From Phallusia mammillata (Eukaryota), in NCBI GenBank assembly GCA_965637545.1, contig OZ281496.1, forward strand, positions 24,800,001 through 24,864,000: a stretch of 64,000 nucleotides of DNA, written 5' to 3'. Within the stretch, counting starts at the first letter, position 1; each line of letters starts with the position of its first letter. Shown here piece after piece: positions 55,001 to 64,000 of this stretch. Both the position numbers and the translations under genes were made by a program. The notes under the pieces were generated by a model. That model worked only from the letters and a program-made list of their open reading frames with translations, searched no databases and was not told where the DNA came from.

Positions 55001-58000
55001 ACCGACGTATTGAATGTTCATTCAAGGATTTAAACACGACGTTAAGCTGACCAAGCCTAACATAAGCGCAAGCCTTTGCTTGTAGTATTACAATTTATAT
55101 TTTCATTAAATCACATGAATCCGACTCTGGGTTTAGATGATTTTGAAAAAAGGTTTTAATGCAAATTTTATGATTTTAAAATTATTATTGGTAAAACTAA
55201 ATTAGCCTAAGTTACAAACCAACAGTTTTCTAGGTGCTTGGAAAAGTAATATGTGTTTTTTTTTGTTAATCATAATACGCCAGGCCTATTAAAGGCATTA
55301 TGCCGAACCAGCCTGTCACCAAGCATTCACCACATGGCAAGGCGTAGACCAGAAAAATCTAGTATGCGGTGGGATTCGAACCCACGACAGGAGTCTTTCC
55401 AGGACTCGCGCTCAACCAACTGAGTTATACAGGCTCAGTGGAGAACCCGCCAAAAGTTTAATCACAAGCACCGTTGCCTGCCTCGTACGCTGCACATGTC
55501 CGCTTCGTAGTAGGGGTTCGACGAGTAATCACTTTACCTCGTTATAACTCCTAGCGTGGTCAGCTGACATTCGTCCAGTTTTGTACCATTCATCTTTGCG
55601 GCGAAGAGATTTAGGAGTACTCGGAAGTGACGAATACTCGCGAGTATCCATCACATCCGGAGTATCAGGATCCGGATCCTCTTCCGGGTATCGAATCTTT
55701 GCTTCTAGATGGCGCTTGTTTTGATACATTCTAGCGTAACGGCCTTCCATTGGCCGTGGTGGAATATATGACGGAGCAGTTGCTGGCATCTACCAAAAAC
55801 ATGTTGGTGTATTGATGAACAACATGTAGCAATAAGATTTTAAGTCCAGTGTGTGCCACTGTGATAGTGGAGGTCCAGAGTGATGTATTTGTCGTATTAA
55901 GCTAATAAATGTTTTCCGGTGTTGACAATATTTGAAAGTAAAAAAATCTAATTGACGCTAATACAATGTGTTGGCCAGAATTCTGAGTAAGTTAATTAAT
56001 GTGCGAGTGCTAATAATAAAACAGGAAATTTGGAAGGGCACAAATTCAAGGTAGGTTCGTCACTTAAATCTATAAAACAGCATCACATTTACCATGTCGT
56101 CATTCCTTGTTTCCCTGCCTGACGAAATCTCATCCACCATTTTTTTGTGGTAATCATCCAAATGAAGAGCGTTGGACGGTCCATAACCTATAAGTGTAAA
56201 AACAAAAGTTCTCGGCGATTCGTAAAACATATAACCTGATTATGTAAATTTTGTCAAATACTAACTCCTTTATGGCAAAAAATGGACACGTTGGTATTGT
56301 ACTTAATTGAGAAACACCCTGGAAATCAATTAAAAAACCCAACAAATATCTAATAGACAGTAAATGCCGAAATTCTATGTATATCAGGCAGCGGTTCAAT
56401 CTTCTCCCTCTACATTCTTAGTTAGATTAGAGATTAGATTTTCACACAACGTTTGGAATTTCCCATCCCACTCTGACGCATTACAAAAAAAGTCTAGCCA
56501 CGAACTGCCTTCTGGCTAAGATGGCCATACTGTGTTGGAGATGCAAAACTTTAGTTGTTTGTGTATTAACTGGGCCACAAAAATGGCAAAGTTCCAATAC
56601 GTTACAGTGATAAGCTAACAGCTTTAAGTCTTATTCATAAACCAAAAATCCGGGCAATTTTTATTTACCTTTCGTCAGTTATTTATAGCCGTGGCAGTTT
56701 TTACATCTAGCATTTTTTATCATGTATTGTCCATCACAGAACTAATCAACATAAAAACCTGTAAAGTTGTAGTCGTATGTTGTTTTCCATTGATCACGTT
56801 CTACGTTGCGAAGTGCGTTTGTGGTCCTCAGCTCTAATCGTTGATCTTCCTCTCGTAAACGAAGGTTTGGTCGAATCTAAGGAACGGATTTGTGCACACG
56901 TACAAATAACAAATCACCATGCGAGAATGCTACAGCAATACTAAGTGACGGCATAAGCATCTCGTGATACAAAGAAATAGGTGCGCTTTTACACCTGGAA
57001 AAAGATTTTCTCACCGACTAACGATACTGCAACCCCTGGTTACCATGGCTTATTTATTTTATTATGCGTACCCATTTCTGGGACCATTGTAAGGAAAATA
57101 CCAAATTATTTTTTCGCGATAATTGATAATAACATTACGTATAACTTTTTGCTTGATTAATACGAAAGTGAGCAATGTCTCGGCTTACAAGTTTGGGTGT
57201 AATTGGGTAGTATGGCTGTCTACCGCCATCCGGTGACTTCATAAGTTGGTAATAGTCGTCTTCGCCTGGCCACGTGAGGGCCTTCTTGTCGCTTTCCTGT
57301 GGGTTGTCTTGCAGCTCGCGACGGAATGGTGAACCTTAAGCAGACTTTGTATAATAGTTGCAAATAGGCCCAGATGTTTGACAAGGAAATTTCACTAATC
57401 CTTCTAATTTTATATACCTTTAGATTTGGTTACTGTCAGCTTCATGGCTTTATGTTTAGGATGTAATTAACAAGTATTATTAATAAGTGTTCTTTTCAAA
57501 AAGTTTTAAATAGTAAAAACTCCAAAATTTACCGAAAAGTCCAAAATAACAGGTTACCAAAGCGAGTTAAACCAGTTGGTTTCCCCATTGTAGTACAAGA
57601 AATTTGAGAAATTGACCTGTTTTGCTAATTGGATAACCTTACCTTTAGATTTGGAAACTACTGTAACGTTGTGACCACTAGCAGGCGTGTTCGGGTGTAG
57701 TGGTTGAGTGGAACGAGCTGGATCTCCTGTTTGGGGATCGTCTGGCGTGTTGAACTTTGGAAATAGGGCTAGTCTTGGTGTGTGAGATGCATACGGGTGC
57801 TCGGCCGGGAACGGCAGGTTGATTTGGCGCTTGCTGTAAAACATTCATATTTTATTGACTGCAGAAACCACATCCGGCAGAAACATGCGACTTTCAACTT
57901 TTTTCGTAATCAATCGAACTCGTCCTAGATATAGGCAAGATTACATCGCCATACTTTTATACATTCATTACTCAAAAAGTCCATTATTTCCGTATGTAGC

Positions 58001-59611
58001 TGTTTAATACACGGGTGTAGTATATTCTTTTAAACATAAAAAACTCTGGTGTTCAGTTATGCTGTAATTGCTATTGGCTTAAGACATGTCTGACACTCCC
58101 GTACCGTTAGGTTGTGTTTACTGTGGTACGAAGCTTACACCCAAGGAAGGTAATAAAGGCGTGGTCAGTGTTCACCAGAGAAGTCAGAAAAAGTAAACCA
58201 ACCGAAAACAAACGTGCTGAAAATCTCTTTAGTGTTTATGTCCCCAAAAGCTTGACCGAAATCATTACCCGGCATTTTTTAATGCAGCATGACAGCTTAT
58301 TTTCTGGCGCTTGAGGTGTCATAGATGTACGTTGTTATACTTCACTTACTTCATTTCTTTGTCCGGCGAAGGTGGCAGTACTTGGTCGCTTGTGCGAACG
58401 TGACTCTTATTCAGCTTCGTAAGATCATAATATTGTTCCACTTTCAAATCACGTGGGTCACTGGCACCGCTGCCGTAATGTCTGTGTCCCTGATGAGTTG
58501 AAACACCGAACACTATTGCTGTCATTCTATATTTCAACTTGGTTAATCCTATTTCACAAATTCTATGGGAAATTTGGACATATATTTTGATTTACTTTAT
58601 TGCTTTACTGTTTTTCTCAAGCTGCCTTTCGATCATCACTAAGTTTTTCACTTATTTCCTATAAGTTTTATTTTGGTACTATAGCTTATTTAACTGATCA
58701 ACATACCGTTGTACACACAAGCAGGCTTAAATTAAATTTACAATAAGTCTGCAGTTTGTGTGCGGTTCAGATCTACTATCTAGTATGGCAAGGTGTAACT
58801 ATCTAATCGAAGACATTAGAAGAGTAAGCAAAAAACGATTGCCTGTGTCAAGATTTTATAAAGCAAACAACGTTGGCCTTAAATTTATGACCTGTGTCAT
58901 GGTTTATTAAACGGTGTGCGCATTTTACGATCGTAGGTAATTGTTTGTTTTATTGATTTCGACATGTATGTTCTGTCTTCAATGGTAAACTGGCTTGGTG
59001 TGAAACATTTAACAAACATTAAACACAATTTGAATTTCAGTTTCGTGCCCTACCTTTTGAACAACTTCTGGAGGGTAACCTTTAGGTTTTGTGAACTCAG
59101 ATGGAAGTTGAACTTTCTGCAGTCCGCCGTACTCACGCAGGCGTCCCCATGGCAACAAAGGTTGCTTGTCCAAGCTGGCACGAAACTTTTCAAATCTGCG
59201 TACAACAAAAGTAAAATTAAATAGAAACACGTATATATTTCTGTAATTAGGATATATAGCCCATTTAGGAGTTGGTGAAGTTGTAGATGATATGTGAAAA
59301 AGGTCAATAAATGTGTACTGAGGTAAAATTGCGCGTTTAACGATTGACAATTCGCATGTCATAAACGTGCATTAGAAGTAATAGCCGCACGTAAAATTTA
59401 TCTGTCCAGGTTAACGTCAAGTCTATACAAGAAATGAATAGGCCAATGGTCGTTTATTTGCTTGCACTTACCGACTTGGGTTCACGGTGACTCTGTCCAA
59501 TTGCAGTGGAGTGAACAGCTCATTTGACGCCAAGTTTTGCGACAAGTGGTCCGTGCCGAGGGTTTCCCGGTAGAAGTGGCTGAGTGGCTGTGAGGCCTGC
59601 ACGGCAGTCAT
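43031..59611 (-). CDS. SPMIP4: Sperm microtubule inner protein 4 (C7orf31) orthologue (~864 aa, 17 coding exons)
   Basis: Phase-consistent chain: 59611-59472, 59195-59054, 58489-58350, 57833-57643, 57334-57189, 56876-56759, 56187-56093, 55789-55538, 54968-54854, 54463-54303, 54098-53961, 53521-53385, 52475-52208, 51905-51749, 51280-51081, 44107-44052, 43169-43031 (2595 nt). Colinear blocks match human C7orf31 as remembered: LPWGRLREYGG, GHRHYG..VEQYYDLT, EHPYASH, KKALTWPG, RNVERDQWKTTYDYNFTGYGPSNALHLDDYHKKM, PPRPMEGRYAR, PRPQTALL and C-terminal KRHQFYGFNSYHFYN. Confidence 0.85.
43185..43402. mobile_element. Decayed MITE-like element with GGGTT(A/C) subterminal repeats
   Basis: Clustered CGGGTT/CGGGTTAC repeats; right end ACCCGTTTACAACTCTA with only a degenerate left counterpart; no TSD found. 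Confidence 0.4.
44532..46769 (-). mobile_element. Penelope-like retroelement, main copy (RT + Cys-rich linker + GIY-YIG endonuclease; disrupted; 5' end lost in the gap)
   Basis: RT motifs TAADVVALYPSL, YKQTEGIITGDNHSVAIANI and KRFIDDIIW; thumb FLDV..KPTA..HGTSHHP; endonuclease GIYVANCNECNACYVGQT..RWRGH..E..WQ..L. Frameshifts and an in-frame TGA split it into ORFs 46661-46218, 46036-45254 and 45399-44890. Confidence 0.93.
44591..44631 (-). ncRNA. Minimal type I hammerhead ribozyme in the Penelope 3' repeat (second copy)
   Basis: Exact reverse complement of 50619-50659. Confidence 0.82.
46770..46969. other. Assembly gap (200 N)
   Basis: Run of N truncating the main Penelope copy. Confidence 1.
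47461..47510. repeat. Second copy of the ...GTATGGCAACCCTG TIR end
   Basis: Matches 13810-13838 almost exactly over ~28 bp. Confidence 0.55.
48381..49483 (-). mobile_element. Penelope-like RT fragment (direct repeat of 45675-46769)
   Basis: Nearly identical to the RT part of the main copy, with at least two private 1-bp deletions. It ends abruptly at an inversion junction near 49483/49484. Confidence 0.9.
49484..50718 (+). mobile_element. Penelope-like 3' segment in inverted orientation (thumb, GIY-YIG, 3' terminal repeat)
   Basis: Reverse complement of 44532-45755 with scattered SNPs and indels. Contains GIY-YIG ORF 49842-50348 and ends in the same ...GGTTTTACTGTA terminus. Confidence 0.92.
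50619..50659 (+). ncRNA. Minimal type I hammerhead ribozyme in the Penelope 3' repeat
   Basis: AGGAA (stem I) CTGATGA (core) T GCC-acatata-GGC (stem II) GAA ATATAT (palindromic stem III) A (cleavage site, AUA) TTCCT (stem I'). Confidence 0.82.
52689..53000. mobile_element. hAT-type MITE in an SPMIP4 intron
   Basis: TIRs TAGGGGTGTCCAAA / TTTGGACACCCCTG; 8-bp TSD CCTTAGTG at 52681-52688 and 53001-53008; GCGGGCC subterminal repeats. Confidence 0.88.
54158..54211. repeat. Short tandem repeat CATATACACCG(GGTTT) x3
   Basis: Three visible copies in an SPMIP4 intron. Confidence 0.6.
55361..55434 (-). pseudogene. tRNA-derived element (tRNA pseudogene or SINE head), apparent anticodon GGA
   Basis: A-box TAACTCAGTTGGTTGAGC; perfect anticodon arm GAGTC-CTGGAAA-GACTC; perfect T arm GTGGG-TTCGAAT-CCCAC; TTTTT just downstream. 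The acceptor stem (GCCTGTA/CGCATAC) has 3 mismatches. Confidence 0.65.
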
Positions 59612-61764
59612 GATAACCTGTTACTTACTACCAGCCAAAGTTAACCTATGTGAAATGTCAGTTTCTGTTAAACTCTGTGCCCACATGTAGCCGCAAGCTC
59701 AAGTTATACGTTGTTGGGGCAACCTGGCTAATTTATGCACAACCCGTAGGTTATTTAACCTGTTTTCTCAGTCTAACGAACTGCTCTAAAATTTCGTTTA
59801 GCTGCTATGATTGGAAGATATTTACTTTATGCTTAACACATATCAGTAAAAGCACACACGTTCATAGACATCTCTATGGACTTTTTCTTCACTACTAAAA
59901 AATAATCATTCTTTGTTTTCATATTTTGTCCTTTATGCTGTTGGCTTATAAACACTATAGGGCTTGGAATCAAATTAATACGGTATTATGTTCTCTCAAT
60001 GTGTGAACAATGTTGACTCGACCAATGTCTTGTCTAATCTATCAATGAGCAATGTTCGTCCAAAACCTGCGACGTGAATTCAATCAAATAGTTTCCTACC
60101 GGTGTTCCAACAAATATTTGCGTTGTTACAAGGAGCGGTAGATCGCATTGCCCAATATTGACCATTCCACGATATTGCGCGCTGTGGTTTCTGCTATACT
60201 CTCTTGGGGTGGTGTCCAACACCATAAACCTCTCCTTGTCTGTAATTTTCTAAACTATTTCATGACCGGATTTGCGTCAGATTGTTGACTTTATTGTTGT
60301 AATTGGAATGAATCTTGTATTACAGGAAAATAGCTCTTATAAGACTTTGGTTTGAACAAAAGTAGCTGTATAAACGTCTGCATTAAACACAATGGAAAAA
60401 TGTCGTAATTTCGCTTTAAAAACCTTTTCTGACTTAAAAAATCTGTCTACGTCGCAAATCAATGTACACAGTCTATTGAAGCGCGTCACTTAAACGGAAA
60501 ACTTGAACTTGTTCTGCACCACGCTGTGCCAACACAAGATTAGCTTTGTTAGTGGGTCTTCGCCTCAACAAAATGATGTGTATGTTAGGCCCCGGGTAGA
60601 AGGGCCCTTCAGGCGCGCGACAATAGTTCTGAGAGCTCCTGTGCTCTCAAAAGCGGGCCTTCTGTTGATTTTAAATTGTACAGGCGACGTTAGAATCCAT
60701 TTAAAGGGCGACTAAACAAAGCTACCTATCAACAAAAGGCCGTCTGCCGAAACAGATATGGGTCCTATACTGGAATGAATATAGGAGTATCCGTTTACAA
60801 ACCGTCGTGCTACAAATGATTGACAAGTGCTTTTGATGCGGTACTGAACATAGCGATTACAACCTGACGAAATCGAGTCTCTGACTGCTACATGCCAAAG
60901 CAATGTTTTCGTTGCTTTGGCAACATATTTAGTTCTTCAGCATATTTGTTTTTCAAAATTGCTAATCAACTGTTTGCCGCACGTTTTTGTGTTTGCCAAA
61001 AGACTGGTACGAAAGCAACAATTAAAATTGGCTCTTTATACCCACTTAACGAAACCTCATAGGGTTCGTCGCTTTAGTTTTTAGACATAACTTGTAAAAA
61101 CTTGACTAAAACTGCTACGATGAATGGCACTTGTGGCAAGAAAAAAAATACGAGGCAATTATGATCTGATGCCATGGTCCCCCTTGGTTAACGTATAAGC
61201 TACAAACAAAAGACAAAAAAAAACAGTCAGTAATGATTTGTAAGTCACGATGTACTTATATCCACTGGCATTAAAAATCGCAGTTTGATACTAAGGACTT
61301 GCGGGCGTTGGAACAACCGAACCATCTCCCGCAGTTTGGTACAAACGTTCAGCACCATAAATGAGGTGTCGCCTTTCATAGAAGTATTTACTGTAACGTC
61401 CGATTTCAAAAGGTCACCCGATTAAATGCCCCGTTTGACAATAGCTAGGTGTTTTGCTATTATACTTCTCCTTTGTTGAAAACACGGTGCGGTCGTTTTC
61501 ATTCAGGACTCATTTTTGAGGTCTCCACAAGTAATGAAAGGATATTTTAAAGGTCAGAGAATACCTTGGTGATAAATGGGGTGGAGAAATATTAGGAAAA
61601 CTCGACCGCGTTCGTACTCAAACGGCGATTATTCCACAGTAGCCAACTTCGTTGCATTTTATCAATGCGTAAAAGATGTCCATTAATTTTTTTATCCCAT
61701 ATAACTTAGATATATTACAGAAGAAACCATTAACAAAAAATATTTTTTCCATTAAGGCAAAAAA

Positions 61765-61836
61765 TGCGTCGACCGGGAGTCGAACCCGGAACTAGTGCTT
61801 GGAAGGCACCAATGCTAACCGTTACACCATCGACGC
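61765..61836 (-). tRNA. tRNA-Gly (anticodon TCC)
   Basis: GCGTCGA-TG-GTGT-AACGGTTA-GCAT-T-GGTGC-CTTCCAA-GCACT-AGTT-CCGGG-TTCGACT-CCCGG-TCGACGC-A: all four stems pair (with G-U wobbles). It is followed by a T-run Pol III terminator. Confidence 0.96.
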
Positions 61837-62484
61837 GACGGCGAAGGCTTGTCTTTTTTCCCTTTATGACGCATAATCGTGCTGCTGGTTCCGAAATAAA
61901 TTTGCTCTTTATTGCCCACTTACTTTTTTTTTGTAGCAAACACTTAATTTATAATAAATACAGGTTGTTCAAGTTCAAGCTTCCCAAGTGAGTTTTATCT
62001 TGTTTTTTTTATGTTTTACACGTTCACTGCTATTATGTCACTGCACTTGCCCAAGACTTGATTGCCGTATCCATTTTAGCATCAAATCTTGTCTGCCTTC
62101 CAGAGAATTGAGTCTTACCAACGATAAAGTATTCTGTTTTTTAAAGTTTGTTGGAAAAACGAGATACACACAACGGAGAACAAAAAAAAATTGTCACAAT
62201 TGTTCCGCTATACATTGGCTTTGAGTAGAAAATGTTGAAAGTAAACAAAAACTGAACTAGACGGAAAACAAACAACAGTGACGATACGTTGTGTCAAGGT
62301 ATTAGCAAGTACATGTACGAATACCTCGCCTGTCTCTGCGATATAACATGATTGAATTTTGTCAACGATTTGTGTATAAATACTGTTTTGAAACCAACAA
62401 AAACAAAACAAGCAAGTTTTCGATTACAGAAAAGGCCAGGACTGGCTTCACAGTCCTAAAAAATACAAAACATAAACCACAGAA

Positions 62485-64000
62485 TCATGTGCCGTTTGCG
62501 TATTCAGTTCCATGTAAGCCACGGCAAATTAGAGCAAAGTCTTTGACGGTGTCGCGGTATTTTCTCTTGCTTTTGACCTCTCGAAGAAGCTGTTTATGAA
62601 ATGTGTTTCTCTTTGCAACCTCCACTTTGGTGTTTGGAATATCAGGTTGAGCCAACAGCTCAGTCATCCAACGGTTAAAGCTTTCAAATGCAATCTTGGA
62701 CAAGCAAAACAGAATGTCCGCAAAATTGTCCATGCAAGTCCGAGGCGATTGACCACCAATAGCTTTTAAAGTGACTTTCGTTAGCTCCTTGCCAGACTTC
62801 TCAATTGATGCTGCAACAGTGGAATCAGTTTGGTACAGACCTAGAAGCTCGATCACAAAGTTTGACCCTGCTTTGGCCGATTCCGTGTCTGGCATGCTTA
62901 GCGTTAGTATGCCACAATGGAATATGTCCAGGGTGCTCGGTTTGCCGTTTTTTGTCACGTGATGGAAGAGTTCGGCTTGCTTGCGACACACAACGGACAT
63001 CAAATACATAAATCCATGGGCAATGTCAGGGTGATCAACATAAATGCGGTTTTCAAATACCTTCATTGATGTGGTCATAATAACTTGTAACAATGCTGCA
63101 ACAGTTTCCAGTTCTTGAGGATCTGACCCAAAGACCAGTGTAATTTGTTGTGCCAAATCAAGAACTGAATAGTAAGGGTATGCTTGATATAATGTGGATA
63201 GCATTTCACACAAATGGTGCAGAAGAGGCTTAAATGCACTTACTAGAGTTCGAATTGCCTTGTTATACAAACTGCACAGGGTTTGCACCACAGTTGAATC
63301 CCTAACCCAATGGTTTAAAATCTCCTTGAAAATTGGCATCAATTGTTCAAGCATTACAATAACATGTTGGTTCTTGTTAACTTCTGTCTGGATTATTTCT
63401 CCATCTTCGTCTCGTTTCCGCCTGTCCAAAGTTGAAAACAGATTTGTCAAGAGGTCTAGGATTCTCAAAATGCTGTTTTTGTTTGGTGGTGAAGGATCTT
63501 CCTTCGATAAAGCATCCAGTTGATGTATGTGAAGCATTAGCAATCTTTCGACATGCTGAACATATTCCTCTTCGGGCATGATTGAGAGTATATAACCAGC
63601 TGACTGCATTAGCCAGGACTCTTCATTGGTTCGCAGTGTTCCTTGCATAAAAACATTAGAAATCTGTTCCATTAAGTTGCCGGCATAGGGTCCCATGTGT
63701 TCAGCACATTCCCGGGTTATCCTTCGCATTGTCAAAACTGCTGACAATGATAAGTCATTGTTACTTATACATGGTACAACCAACTGCAAGAGCATTCGCA
63801 AATGTTCGGGGTGTCGGCTTAACCACTCAGTGAGGGTTCCGACAGTGTATAATACAGTGTCAGCTAGTTGTATAGAAGAAATAGGAATCTGAGGAAGAAC
63901 TTGAGCTAGGCTACTTAGGCATGGTATTTCAGTGTCAGTTTCTGTTAATGTTTCAACAATGGAATGGATTCCAAACAGGCAAGTTTCAATACCATGCCAC
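62485..64000 (-). CDS. IPO13: Importin-13, C-terminal part (5' end lies beyond the window)
   Basis: The frame is open from the window edge (WHGIETCLFGIHSIVET...QLADTVLYTVGTLTEWLSRHP) to the stop at 62485. Contains DHPDIAHGFM, AIGGQSPRTCMDNFADILF and terminal FALICRGLHGTEY, matching metazoan importin-13 as remembered. Confidence 0.93.
   Translation of the reverse strand, partial: WHGIETCLFGIHSIVETLTETDTEIPCLSSLAQVLPQIPISSIQLADTVLYTVGTLTEWLSRHPEHLRMLLQLVVPCISNNDLSLSAVLTMRRITRECAEHMGPYAGNLMEQISNVFMQGTLRTNEESWLMQSAGYILSIMPEEEYVQHVERLLMLHIHQLDALSKEDPSPPNKNSILRILDLLTNLFSTLDRRKRDEDGEIIQTEVNKNQHVIVMLEQLMPIFKEILNHWVRDSTVVQTLCSLYNKAIRTLVSAFKPLLHHLCEMLSTLYQAYPYYSVLDLAQQITLVFGSDPQELETVAALLQVIMTTSMKVFENRIYVDHPDIAHGFMYLMSVVCRKQAELFHHVTKNGKPSTLDIFHCGILTLSMPDTESAKAGSNFVIELLGLYQTDSTVAASIEKSGKELTKVTLKAIGGQSPRTCMDNFADILFCLSKIAFESFNRWMTELLAQPDIPNTKVEVAKRNTFHKQLLREVKSKRKYRDTVKDFALICRGLHGTEYANGT

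Noticed and set aside
56506-56523. GCCTTCTGGCTAAGAT resembling the 5' end of U2 snRNA
   Set aside because: Similarity ends after ~16 nt; no branch-point pairing region or Sm site.
58489-58508. CTGATGAGTTGAAAC resembling a hammerhead core
   Set aside because: No stem II or closing stems; it is simply an SPMIP4 splice acceptor region.
60780-60900. LTSAFDAV, reminiscent of a LINE RT motif
   Set aside because: Isolated short match flanked by stops; no other RT motifs nearby.
1-64000. Most short ORFs in the six-frame track, and any CRISPR or prokaryotic operon-like system
   Set aside because: The ORFs are antisense shadows or intron read-through of exons, or random ORFs in AT-rich DNA. No regularly spaced repeat-spacer array or bacterial gene cluster is present.

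Overview
Eukaryotic, AT-rich (roughly 63-65% AT by eye), intron-rich animal DNA, most consistent with an ascidian tunicate (inference from gene content and an exact match to the Ciona-type 16-nt spliced leader as I recall it). All recognisable genes are on the minus strand. They are: (1) two tandem paralogues encoding secreted proteins with a furin-type site, 7 or 10 thrombospondin type-1 (TSP1) repeats and a catalytically intact trypsin-family protease (13268-1888, 16 exons, ~763 aa; 34101-19732, 20 exons, ~997 aa); (2) a 17-exon SPMIP4/C7orf31 orthologue (59611-43031, ~864 aa); (3) an intact tRNA-Gly(TCC); (4) the 3' 1.5 kb of an importin-13 CDS with no introns. A ~7 kb SPMIP4 intron holds a composite, partly inverted Penelope-like retroelement (RT + GIY-YIG). 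Both copies of its 3' terminus carry a minimal type I hammerhead ribozyme. Six hAT-type MITEs with 8-bp target-site duplications are present (one nested pair), plus other small TE relics and a 200-N assembly gap. I built the exon chains by hand from GT-AG sites and phase continuity. Orthology calls rest on remembered reference sequences, not on a database search.
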